64,000 nt of DNA, from assembly GCA_963741955.1 (NCBI GenBank), contig CAVUKB010000005.1:928001-992000 (forward strand), in the 5' to 3' direction. Position numbers and translations under genes: made by a program. The notes under the pieces were generated by a model. It did not search any database and was not told the origin of the DNA. It was given only the letters and a program-made list of their open reading frames with translations. Positions 1 through 9,117 of the stretch are shown piece after piece. This DNA comes from an uncultured Acidobacteriota bacterium (GTDB lineage: Bacteria > Acidobacteriota > Thermoanaerobaculia > Gp7-AA8). Numbering within the stretch: position 1 is the first letter of the stretch; each line of letters opens with the position of its first letter.

Positions 1-1484
1 TACTGTGTGATCGTCGTCAGGCTCACGACATCGTCGGATCCGGCCGTTACCGGATCGAGAAGAACCCGTGCTCCACTGACCGTGGTCGTCGACGGGCGTC
101 CGAGCGCGTCGTAGGTGTAACGGGTCTCGACCGTCCCGACACCGCTCTGGCTGCGGGATTGGAACGCGAGGCGGCCGTCCGCGTTGTAGCCGAACGCTTC
201 GCTGGTGACCTGTTGGGTCGTACTCCCCCCGCTCGAGACGGACGGCGTCACCACCGTGCGGGCGATCATCCGTCCCTCGGCGTCCTTCTTGATCGTCGTG
301 ACCACGCCGCGGTTCACGTTCCTTGTGACTTCCGTCTCGACCCCGTCCGAGGTCATGGAGTACGCGGCCTCGTCGACCACGTCATCGTTGCCGCGAGAGA
401 TCTTCTTCGGTCTACCCGACTCGATCGGGTTCGAGACCGATTCGGGGTAGTACTCGATATGCGACTTCATCGCCGCATCGGCGCCGCTGCTGCTGAAGGC
501 GTCTGAGACTTGACCGTTTGCATTGAACTTCGCGCTCGACTGCACGCCTTCGTCAGCGTTCGTGATGGTCTGACGATTCCGGCTCGGCGTCTGCTGGTCC
601 CGGTAGACGAAAGGTTTCGAGGGATCGTCCCGCTTGCCGACCTTGAAGACGTTGGCTCGGGCGTTATCCGCCGAGTCGTAGCCGTAGTCGGTCTCGAGGA
701 GGGCGCCGCTCGCGCCTTGTTCACTCGTCTTCGAGAGAACCATTCCGGGCGCGTTCCCTCCAGCGGGAATCCAGTTGTTCGTGACGACGGTGCCGTTCGG
801 CATGGTCACCGTTTTCTCGAGTCCCTCATCGTTGTATCCAATGCTAGTCGTGAGGTCCTGAACATTTGGCGTTTCCGTCGCGGTGATCGCGTCGGGAAGA
901 CCCGCCGAGGCGAGCGTCATCACCGGTACGTCGTGGAGCGTCGTCGACTCGATGTGCTCGCGACCGTCGAAGCTGCCCGGGGGCGTGTACGTATACGCCC
1001 GCCGCTGCCCGAGAACGTCCGTATTCTCGGTGCGACCGAAGGTGGCGGTTTCGCCGGTAGCCCAAGACTGGGAAAGATTCCGGTCGCGGTCGGGACCAGT
1101 GGTCAGGTCGTAGGCGAAGGTCACACGCTCAGGTCCCCCGTCATGGACCTGCTGCGGATCCTTGATTCCGACGAGGTCTCCCGCGAGCTCCGCGAAGTCC
1201 GTGTAGCGTTGCGACTCGAGAGGCTCGGTGGCCGCGGGTGCCGGGCGATCCTGATAGCGATATCTGATGGCCGGACGATTCCCGGCGGTGTGGTCGTATT
1301 CAGCCGACAGGCCTGCCGCGGCCTTCGTCTCGGGAAGCTTCACACGCACGAGCCGCCCGAAGGTGTCGTACTCGTACTCGGAAGAACGGTGCCGCCACTC
1401 GGCACGAATCTCTTTGACTCGCCCGGGGTAACCGTTCGCCTGTCCCTCATGCCAGTACGAGAGGACCGTTTTGCGCCCGCGCTG
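1..1484 (-). CDS. RHS/YD-repeat protein, partial (runs off window start; 5' end appears truncated)
   Basis: Hand translation of the minus frame gives YD motifs (EYEYDTFGRLVRVKLP; FGYNADGRL; TRYTYDALGRP). An in-frame TGA at 1485-1487 is followed directly by QRGRKTVLSY with no start codon. It is absent from the ORF track because there is no stop in the window; the + ORFs 159..506 and 510..1514 are its antisense shadow. Confidence 0.85.
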
Positions 1485-1558
1485 TCAAGCCTGCGCGGTG
1501 CGAGATGCTGTTGAATGTGGTTTCCGCGACCCCTTCGGTCTCGTTGCGGTGGGCGTTA

Positions 1559-1813
1559 CTACTGGCGTCCTTCCGGAAAGAGAACGGATTCGATTCGCCC
1601 GACGCGAGACTCCAGGGTGGTCAGGCGTTGGTCGAGGGGGGGGTACGATAACTTGATCATCGAGCCTGTCTCGGCGAACTCTTGGCGGTTCTCGGTCTGA
1701 TATCGATCGACTTTCTCGTCGAGTAGCGAGAGTGCTTCCAGTATCCGGTCCGACCTTGTCTCGGCGGCTTCGGCCAGGACGTCGAAATGTCGTTTCAGTT
1801 CATCGTCATTCAT
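1559..1813 (-). CDS. small coiled-coil hypothetical protein
   Basis: 84 aa, natural charged/helical composition (LDQRLTTLESRVGRIE), GAGG upstream of ATG. Confidence 0.6.
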   Translation of the reverse strand: MNDDELKRHFDVLAEAAETRSDRILEALSLLDEKVDRYQTENRQEFAETGSMIKLSYPPLDQRLTTLESRVGRIESVLFPEGRQ

Positions 1814-1933
1814 TCGAGATCGACCTCAACGGATGATTCCTGGGGATTTCGTCGCGGTGAGCGAAGTTTGTGATTCGAGTCGATTTTATCAGCTTGGGTC
1901 GGAGCAGCGGGGATCTGGATGGTCGGTTCGGTG

Positions 1934-2996
1934 CGGGAGGTGAGAACGAGGGTGCGGCAAATGCCGCAGGACGGGCTCGTGGCATCCATCGCTCGCAGCG
2001 GGACGCCGCTCGCCATCGCGCGGGACGCGCGACCCACAGACGCGGATCCACAGGAGGCGCGACCCACGGACGCGTGACCCACTTTGTGGGTTGGACGTCT
2101 CGTCCGATGCAGGGCGGCGTCCCGCGCCGGCCTGCCCGGTGCGAGGAGTGTTCTCTTGAATGGTCTCCGCGAGATCTTGGGGCTCGTCGTGGTGTCGGAA
2201 TGACGTTCGAGAGAGTCGTGTCGGCCCGGGAGGTGAGAACGAGGGTGCGGCAAGTGCCGCAGGACGCGTTCGTGGCAGGCATCGCTCGCGGCGGGACGTC
2301 GCTCGCCATCGCGCGGGACGCGCGACCCACAGACGCGGATCCACAGGAGGCGCGACCCACGGACGCGTGACCCACTTTGTGGGTTGGACGTCTCGTCCGA
2401 TGCAGGGGCGTCCCGCGCCGGCCTGCCCGGTGCGAGGAGTGTTCTCTTGAATGGTCTCCGCGAGATCTTGGGGCTCGTCGTGGTGTCGGAATGACGTTCG
2501 AGAGAGTCGTGTCGGCCCGGGAGGTGAGAACGAGGGTGCGGCAAGTGCCGCAGGACGCGTTCGTGGCAGGCATCGCTCGCGGCGGGACGTCGCTCGCCAT
2601 CGCGCGGGACGCGCGACCCACAGACGCGGATCCACAGGAGGCGCGACCCACGGACGCGTGACCCACTTTGTGGGTTGGACGTCTCGTCCGATGCAGGGGC
2701 GTCCCGCGCCGGCCTGCCCGGTGCGAGGAGTGTTCTCTTGAATGGTCTCCGCGAGCTCTTGGGGCTCGTCGTGGTGTCGGAATGACGTTCGAGAGAGTCG
2801 TGTCGGCCCGGGAGGTGAGAACGAGGGTGCGGCAAATGCCGCAGGACGGGCTCGTGGCATCCATCGCTCGCGGCGGGACGCCGCTCGCCATCGCGCGGGA
2901 CGCGCGACCCACAGACGCGGATCCACAGGAGGCGCGACCCACGGACGCGCGACCCACTTTGTGGGTTGGACGTCTCATCCGATGCAGGGCGGCGTC
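1934..2996. repeat. tandem array, ~291-bp unit x ~3.6, built of REP-like hairpins (family 1)
   Basis: CGGGAGGTGAGAACGAGGGTGCGGCAA recurs at 1934, 2227, 2518 and 2809. Contains GTGGGTTGGACGTCTCGTCCGA and the inverse of GTGGGTCGCGCGTCCCGCGCGA. Confidence 0.95.
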
Positions 2997-3256
2997 ACTT
3001 CGGCGCCTCCTTCGCTGCACGACATTCTACGACACCCGCTGCCGGATCACCGCTTCGCACCTCCGAGCAGGCCTCGGGAGTCGCCGCCGATTCTACGAGG
3101 AGTAGAACCCTCGGTATTTCGGAAAATCCGAGGTCCTCTCGACCACATGGCACGACCACTCTGATTCGAGCTCTCCGATGCGGTGTTCCACGAGGGAGAG
3201 AGCTCGCGATCTCGTTTCGTGGATCGAAGCGGTGACGGCGGTCCGGTTACTGCGGT

Positions 3257-3757
3257 TCAGTAGAGCGAACCGAGACGCCGCGCTTCGCCTGCTCCTTCGA
3301 GATCTTTGATTCTCTTGCCGGAGACCGGATCACACCATTCCGGAACGAGCTCGCGCATCGGCTCCAGGACGAAGTTACGCTCGCGGAAGCGTGGGTGCGG
3401 GAGCGTCAGCTCCCGGCTCCGGACCACCGCGGCGCCGAACATGATCAGGTCGAGATCGATTACGCGTGGAGCGTTGCGAACGCTCCGCCGCCTCCCGAGC
3501 GCAACCTCGATCCCGAGCAGCCTTTCGAGAAAGCGAAACGGAGAGCCGGTCGTCATCGTGAGCACTGCGAGATTGAAGAAATCACCCGCACCGGGTGGCG
3601 AGTCGACGGGCTCCGTGACGTAAATGCGGCTGACCCGGACGGGGGACGAAACCTCGCCGAGATGAGCAACCGCCCGCCGGAGGTTCATCCGCCGGTCGCC
3701 GAGATTCGATCCGATCGAGAGAATTGCCGGGACGGGAAGGCCCGGGTCAATCGTCAC
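3257..3757 (-). CDS. folK: 2-amino-4-hydroxy-6-hydroxymethyldihydropteridine diphosphokinase
   Basis: IGSNLGDR, FFN, PRVIDLDLI, LTLPHPR..ERNFVL motifs. Confidence 0.95.
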   Translation of the reverse strand: MTIDPGLPVPAILSIGSNLGDRRMNLRRAVAHLGEVSSPVRVSRIYVTEPVDSPPGAGDFFNLAVLTMTTGSPFRFLERLLGIEVALGRRRSVRNAPRVIDLDLIMFGAAVVRSRELTLPHPRFRERNFVLEPMRELVPEWCDPVSGKRIKDLEGAGEARRLGSLY

Positions 3758-4199
3758 GCTCGTCCTCGACGCTGATCTCGTTCGGGAGCTCGTTCACGTC
3801 GCCCTTGACCCATGGGAAGTACGTACAGAGCTGCGTTCCGATCGCTTCGATCGCCTCGACGATCCCGGCGGTGAATTCGCCACTCTTGAAGCGTTCCGTG
3901 AGCGCAGCCGCAATGCCGTCCCAGTACCCGTCGCCGACTTTGTCGTGGATTCCCCTGTCGCCGAGAATCACGAATTTCTGCTGCTCGGAGGCGATGAAGA
4001 GGAGCACGCCGTTGCGGGCAGCGGTCTTCGTCATTCCGAGCCGCTCGAACGTCCGCTCCGCGACCGTCCGAATGTCCCCGCCGAGGACGCGTGGCTGCAC
4101 ATGGACGCGGACTTCGCCCGAACAGCGCCGCTCGGCATCTGCGATCGCTTCGACGATTTTCTGCTGATCGAGTGTTGCGAGAAAATCCTTCTGCTTCAT
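3747..4199 (-). CDS. TPM-domain (DUF477-like) protein, short form
   Basis: AIADAERRCSGEVRVHV, RNGVLLFIA, ILGDRGI, DVNELPNEI; ATG at 4199 overlaps the upstream TGA (TGATG). Confidence 0.9.
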   Translation of the reverse strand: MKQKDFLATLDQQKIVEAIADAERRCSGEVRVHVQPRVLGGDIRTVAERTFERLGMTKTAARNGVLLFIASEQQKFVILGDRGIHDKVGDGYWDGIAAALTERFKSGEFTAGIVEAIEAIGTQLCTYFPWVKGDVNELPNEISVEDERDD

Positions 4200-4996
4200 C
4201 ACCAGCCTCCGCTCGCGCCGCCACCACCGAACGAGCCTCCACCGCCGCCGCCCCAACCGCCTCCGACACCCCAGCCTCCTCCGCCGCCACCGCTACCTCC
4301 GCCGAATCCGCCGCCGCCCCAGCCGCCTCCCAGGGTCGTTCCGCCCCCTATGAAGGGAAGGAACGGCAAACAGCCGCAGCCTGCGCACCCTCCACGGGCG
4401 AGCATCGGTCCGATCACGATCAGAAAGACCAGGGCTATGAAAAGCAGCGGTAGAATGTCGCCGAGCCCACCGCGTCCGGTGCCTTTCACCGGCTCGGCAG
4501 GGATCGCGGTCTCTCCCTTCTCGACCACCGCCATCAGCTGGTCGAGGCCCTTGCTGATCCCTCCCGCGTAGTTGCCGTTGCGGAATTCGGGCGCGATGGT
4601 GTTCCGGATGACTCGCGACGAGATCGCGTCGGTGACGCTTCCCTCGAGGCCGTATCCGACTTCGATCCTGATCTTTTTGTCCTGAACGAAGACGAAGAGG
4701 ATCAGAGCGCGATCCTTCCGCACTTTCCACTTCTCGGCCACCCGGATAGTGAAGTCTTCGAGGGCTTCCCCCTCCAGCGAAGGAAAGATGAACACGAGAA
4801 ACTGGGAGCCGGTCCTCTTGTAGAAGGCCTCCAGCTTTTCGTTCATCTGCTGTTGCGACGCGGCGTCGAGAACCCCGGCCGTGTCCGTGACCCACGCGGT
4901 CGGCTTGTCGGGGATATCGAGTGCCCGGAGCTGGGCCGGCAGCAACAGAGTCGTCGAGAGAACGATGAGAAGAATGGTCAGACACGCGCGCTTCAT
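4199..4996 (-). CDS. TPM-domain membrane protein (YgcG-like) with Gly-rich tail
   Basis: Signal peptide, VTDTAGVL, RIEVGYGLEG, TM helix, GGGGSFGGGGASGGW tail. Confidence 0.92.
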   Translation of the reverse strand: MKRACLTILLIVLSTTLLLPAQLRALDIPDKPTAWVTDTAGVLDAASQQQMNEKLEAFYKRTGSQFLVFIFPSLEGEALEDFTIRVAEKWKVRKDRALILFVFVQDKKIRIEVGYGLEGSVTDAISSRVIRNTIAPEFRNGNYAGGISKGLDQLMAVVEKGETAIPAEPVKGTGRGGLGDILPLLFIALVFLIVIGPMLARGGCAGCGCLPFLPFIGGGTTLGGGWGGGGFGGGSGGGGGGWGVGGGWGGGGGGSFGGGGASGGW

Positions 4997-5091
4997 CGAG
5001 ACCTATTGTTTCGCATTCGGAGCCGATCGTGAAGAGCCAGCGAGATCCCGGCCTCCGTTTTCCGGAACAGACCGGAAATTGCGTTCGCCCG

Positions 5092-5125
5092 AAAATGAAA
5101 ACGCCGGAGCGCGAGGCCCCGGCGT
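5092..5125 (-). terminator. intrinsic terminator after lemA
   Basis: Minus strand ACGCCGGGGC-loop-GCTCCGGCGT followed by TTTCATTTT. Confidence 0.6.
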
Positions 5126-5148
5126 GGTGATTCAAGAGGTGCGAAGAT

Positions 5149-5784
5149 CTACTTGCCGAAATCGAAATTCACGGTCGGAGCCTGTTCCGCGCCGGCCTGA
5201 GCTTTGAAGTACTGCTTCGCCTGGAAGCCGGTCATCCCGGCGATCAGATTCGCCGGGAACCTGCGGATCGTCGCGTTGAAAGTCTGGGCGACGTTGTTGT
5301 ATCGCCGCCGTTCGACCGTGATCCGGTTCTCGGTTCCTTCGAGCTGGGACTGCAGCTCGAGGAAGTTCTGGTTCGCCTTCAGCTCGGGATAGCGCTCGAC
5401 CACCACCAGGAGGCGGGAGAGGGCGTTCCCGAGGCCCGCCTGCGCGTTCTCGAACTGCTGGAAGGCCTGGGGGTTGGTGGTGGGATTCGGAGCGCCCACG
5501 GGGGCTCCTCCTCCGGTCGTGACCTGACCGACGCGGGATCGCGCTTCGATCACGTTCTGCAGAGTGGTTTTCTCGAAGTTGGCCGCACCCTGAACGGTGC
5601 GAACGAGGTTCGGGATCAGATCGAAGCGGCGCTGATAGACATTCTCCACCTGCGCCCACTGCGAAGTGACGGCTTCGTCGAGCTGCACCAGGCGGTTGTA
5701 TACGCCGACTCCCCAAACCACGAACCCGAGTACGACCACCAGGATCGCACCGAGACATCCCAGGAGCACGCCCCACTTTTTCAT
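5149..5784 (-). CDS. lemA: LemA family protein
   Basis: YNRLV, WAQVENVYQRRFDLIPNLV, ERYPELKANQNFLELQSQLEGTENRI. Confidence 0.95.
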   Translation of the reverse strand: MKKWGVLLGCLGAILVVVLGFVVWGVGVYNRLVQLDEAVTSQWAQVENVYQRRFDLIPNLVRTVQGAANFEKTTLQNVIEARSRVGQVTTGGGAPVGAPNPTTNPQAFQQFENAQAGLGNALSRLLVVVERYPELKANQNFLELQSQLEGTENRITVERRRYNNVAQTFNATIRRFPANLIAGMTGFQAKQYFKAQAGAEQAPTVNFDFGK

Positions 5785-5796
5785 GAGCACATCACC

Positions 5797-6096
5797 TCAA
5801 TATTCTTCTTCGTCGTCGTCATCATCAGCATCGTCCGACGCTTCCGGTTCGCCGAGGTCTTCTTCCTCGGAATCATCGAAGGTGTCATCGGGCGTGTCAC
5901 TGTCGTCACTCTCGAGATCGGGTTCTTCGACCGGCTGAGCAACCGCCTTGCTCCGGGCACGTGACGAGGTGCCGGTGTCATCGGGGTCGCGCTGGTCGGC
6001 GCCGCACTTGGGACAGACCGGATTCGGTTTGCCCAGATCGTAAAATTTCGCGTGGCATGCGTGGCAGCTGTGTTTCTTGCCGAGATTCGTAGCCAT
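5797..6096 (-). CDS. FYDLN acid-domain protein (TIGR02300-like)
   Basis: LGKKHSCxxCxAKFYDL..CPKCG followed by an acidic tail. Confidence 0.9.
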   Translation of the reverse strand: MATNLGKKHSCHACHAKFYDLGKPNPVCPKCGADQRDPDDTGTSSRARSKAVAQPVEEPDLESDDSDTPDDTFDDSEEEDLGEPEASDDADDDDDEEEY

Positions 6097-6209
6097 GGCT
6101 CAGTCGTTCTCCTCGTAACCGAAAAGCGCGCGAAAACTTAGCACCCGCCCTCCCGCGTGTCAACGAGAGGAGACGGGTGCTCGGTTCGAACCTCGGCGGT
6201 CGCGTGGGC

Positions 6210-7886
6210 TCAGTCCACTTTGGGAAGGGTAACGGCCCCGCTCCGGGTACCGCCCTTTGCGCCTTCCTGCGATGCCATCTCTTTCTGGTGGACTTCGGCG
6301 GCCTTCGCCTCGAGCTTCGCCGCCTCGGGGAAGAGCTCGATGGCCCGAGCCACCTGATTGTCTCCTTCCAGCCGGTACGGGTACGACTCGTCGAATCCAT
6401 ATTTTGCGGCGATGATCTCCGCCTTCAACATACGTTTGACGTATTCGACCTCCTCGGGATCCTTCAACGCGTCACGAATGTCGCTGGCGGGCGCGAGGTC
6501 CTTGGAGACGGCATACTTCACGAACTCGTCGACCATGGCGGGGGTCACCGTCACGTCCTTGGTCAGGTCCGGGTGTTTGGCGAAGTAGTTCACGCCGTAG
6601 TCGAAGATCGCACCGCGCACTTCCAGAATCTGGATGACCGGCGGATGCTCGCGCGGCTTGACCACCACGTCGGGAGTGATTCCGCCGCCGCCGTAGACGG
6701 AGCGGCCGATGTCGGTGTGGTAGACCTTCCTCTGGTCCATCGGAACCGCATTCGGCCCGTCGTCCTCTGCGACGTAGTAGTCGTAGAACGAGCTGTAGTC
6801 GCGCTGGATGTTCCGGCCGCTCGGCGTGTAGTACTTGGACGTCGTGAGGGCGAGACCTGCACCGTACTGGAGCGTGTAAACGCTCTGCACCAGACCCTTG
6901 CCCCAACTCGTCTCACCGACCACCAGGCCCCGATCGTGATCCTGAATCGCCCCGGTGACGATCTCGGAAGCGGATGCGCTCTCGCGGTTGACCAGGATGA
7001 CCAGAGGGATGTTCAGCTGGCGGTGCTTGCCCGGAGCCACGAATTCCTGCGAGGAGTCGGGAGTCCGGCCCTTGGTGTAGACGATCATCTCGCCCTTGTC
7101 GATGAAGTGATCGGTGACGCCGACCGCCGCGTCGAGCAGGCCGCCGGGATTGCGGCGGAGGTCGAGGATCAGTTTCGTCATCCCCTGCGCCTGGAGCTTG
7201 TCGATCGCGTCGTCGAGCTCACGGACGGTGGTGTAGGTGAAGTCCTTGATCCGGATGTAGCCGATGCCCGGCCGGACCATCAGAGTGTTGGAGATGGAAT
7301 TGGTGGGGATCGCCGCACGCACGATGGTCAACGGGATCGGCTCCTTGATGCCGACCCGGAGGATCTTGATGTGGACGGTGGTTCCCTTCGGTCCCTTGAG
7401 CGTGCGGACCACCTGGTCGAGCGTCAGATCGCTGGTGGCGGTCCCTTCGACCTCGGAGATGATGTCGCCGGCACGGATACCGAGCCTGGCGGCGGGAGTT
7501 CCCTCGAGGGGGGTGATGACCGTGACCTGGTCGTTCCGCTTGGTCACCAGAATGCCGAGACCGTAGAAAGTTCCCTTCTGCCGGTCCTGCATCTCCGCGT
7601 AATCGCGCGGCGGGAGGAAGGACGAATGGGGATCGAGAGTCCGGAGCATCCCTTCGATCGAAGCGTAAACGAGCTTGTCGTTTCCGACTTCTTCGGGTGC
7701 CCAGTAGGAGGCGGCGGTCAGGACTTCCGAATACTCCTTCAGCCGCTTCTGAAAATCGTTTTCCACGGGGGATCCGAGGAGCTTTTCGCCGTACATTCCA
7801 CCGATCACGGTCGCGGCGACGAAGGCCGCGACGACCGTGATGGCGTACCGCCACGACCGAGTACGTCTGCTGTTTGCATTCTTCAT
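6210..7886 (-). CDS. ctpA: S41 carboxyl-terminal processing protease (PDZ)
   Basis: LDPHS, PDZ domain, LDLRRNPGGLL, SASASEIV, GKGLVQ, YYTPSGRNIQ, GITPDV. Confidence 0.95.
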   Translation of the reverse strand: MKNANSRRTRSWRYAITVVAAFVAATVIGGMYGEKLLGSPVENDFQKRLKEYSEVLTAASYWAPEEVGNDKLVYASIEGMLRTLDPHSSFLPPRDYAEMQDRQKGTFYGLGILVTKRNDQVTVITPLEGTPAARLGIRAGDIISEVEGTATSDLTLDQVVRTLKGPKGTTVHIKILRVGIKEPIPLTIVRAAIPTNSISNTLMVRPGIGYIRIKDFTYTTVRELDDAIDKLQAQGMTKLILDLRRNPGGLLDAAVGVTDHFIDKGEMIVYTKGRTPDSSQEFVAPGKHRQLNIPLVILVNRESASASEIVTGAIQDHDRGLVVGETSWGKGLVQSVYTLQYGAGLALTTSKYYTPSGRNIQRDYSSFYDYYVAEDDGPNAVPMDQRKVYHTDIGRSVYGGGGITPDVVVKPREHPPVIQILEVRGAIFDYGVNYFAKHPDLTKDVTVTPAMVDEFVKYAVSKDLAPASDIRDALKDPEEVEYVKRMLKAEIIAAKYGFDESYPYRLEGDNQVARAIELFPEAAKLEAKAAEVHQKEMASQEGAKGGTRSGAVTLPKVD

Positions 7887-7976
7887 GACGATGTCCTAAA
7901 CGTCATATCCTGATGGAGTATTCGCGCCCGGCACCATGTTCCCAATGACCGGCAGCCAGCCGGAGGAAAGGCCCCT

Positions 7977-8288
7977 ATGTTCGGCTCTATTGGTTTTCCG
8001 GAATTGATCATGATTTTCCTAGTCGCCCTGATCGTCTTCGGGCCGCGACGGCTTCCCGACATCGGGCGGTCGATCGGAAAGGCGCTCGGCGAGTTCCGGC
8101 GCGCCACCAACGAACTGAAAAGCACGCTGGAGGAAGAGGTCCGCCTCGACGAGACCAAACGCGAGGTCGAGAGGTCGTTCAACCCGGATCCCCCGCCGCA
8201 GCCCGCTCCGAAACCGGATACCCCGCCCCCCGCTGGGGAGACGGCGGCCGTTTCGAAGAGCACCGGCTCGGAGACCACCTCCTTATGA
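7977..8288 (+). CDS. twin-arginine translocase TatA/TatB subunit
   Basis: IGFPELIMIFLVALIVFGPRRLPDIGRSIG. Confidence 0.92.
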   Translation: MFGSIGFPELIMIFLVALIVFGPRRLPDIGRSIGKALGEFRRATNELKSTLEEEVRLDETKREVERSFNPDPPPQPAPKPDTPPPAGETAAVSKSTGSETTSL

Positions 8289-9067
8289 GCTCCGTCGACG
8301 GAAGTCCTGGAAATCTCGATCTCGGGGCCGATCCCGATGCCGAGCTTCCGAAGATGGGATTTCTGGAGCATCTCGACGAGCTCCGGAAGAGGCTGATCTA
8401 CTCGTTCGCCGCGCTCGCCGTGGCCTTCCTGGTCTGCTGGAACTTCGCACCGCAGATTTTCCATATCATCGAGCTCCCGCTCCTGCAGTATCTCAAACCG
8501 GGAGAACGACTCGCGTACACCCGGATGACCGCCCCCTTCTTCCTCTACATGAAGGTGGCGTTCTTCGCCGCGGTCTTTCTCGCATCTCCGTTCATCCTGA
8601 CCCAGCTCTGGCTCTTCATCGCGCCCGGACTGTACCGTCGGGAGCGCCGCTACGCGCTGCCGTTCATCCTTTTCGCGAGCCTTTTCTTCCTCGCCGGCGG
8701 CTACTTTTCCTATCGGCTGGTCTTCCCGATGGCGTGCAAGTTTTTCGTCGACATGGGAAGGGATTTCCAGCAGGTCATCACCGTCGACGACTACTTCGGC
8801 TTCGCGAACAAGATGATCCTGGGGATGGGGCTGATCTTCGAGACGCCGATCCTGATTTTCTTCCTCGCGCGGCTCGGGATCGTCACTCCGGCGTTCCTGA
8901 TGCAGAAGTTCAAGTACGCGGTGGTCGTGATCTTCATCATCGCCGCCGTGATCACCCCGACTCCCGACATGGTCACCCAATCGGCTCTCGCGGTCCCGAT
9001 GATCCTCCTCTACCTGCTGGGAGTTCTCATCGCGTGGCTGTTCGGAAAGAGACCCGAGACGGACTGA
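8285..9067 (+). CDS. tatC: twin-arginine translocase TatC
   Basis: LEHLDELRKRL, QLWLFIAPGLY..E, FETP, AAVITPTPD. Confidence 0.97.
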   Translation: MSSVDGSPGNLDLGADPDAELPKMGFLEHLDELRKRLIYSFAALAVAFLVCWNFAPQIFHIIELPLLQYLKPGERLAYTRMTAPFFLYMKVAFFAAVFLASPFILTQLWLFIAPGLYRRERRYALPFILFASLFFLAGGYFSYRLVFPMACKFFVDMGRDFQQVITVDDYFGFANKMILGMGLIFETPILIFFLARLGIVTPAFLMQKFKYAVVVIFIIAAVITPTPDMVTQSALAVPMILLYLLGVLIAWLFGKRPETD

Positions 9068-9117
9068 GAACGTTGGAGGATCTGAGAGAGGCCGGCTGGC
9101 GCTGACCTCTTCGCGAC

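Noticed and set aside
1806-3164. Long Arg/Pro/Ala-rich ORFs on both strands over the 291-bp array
   Set aside because: The unit length is a multiple of 3 in GC-rich DNA, so several frames stay open. There is no RBS or protein-like composition, and the 293-bp unit shifts the frame.
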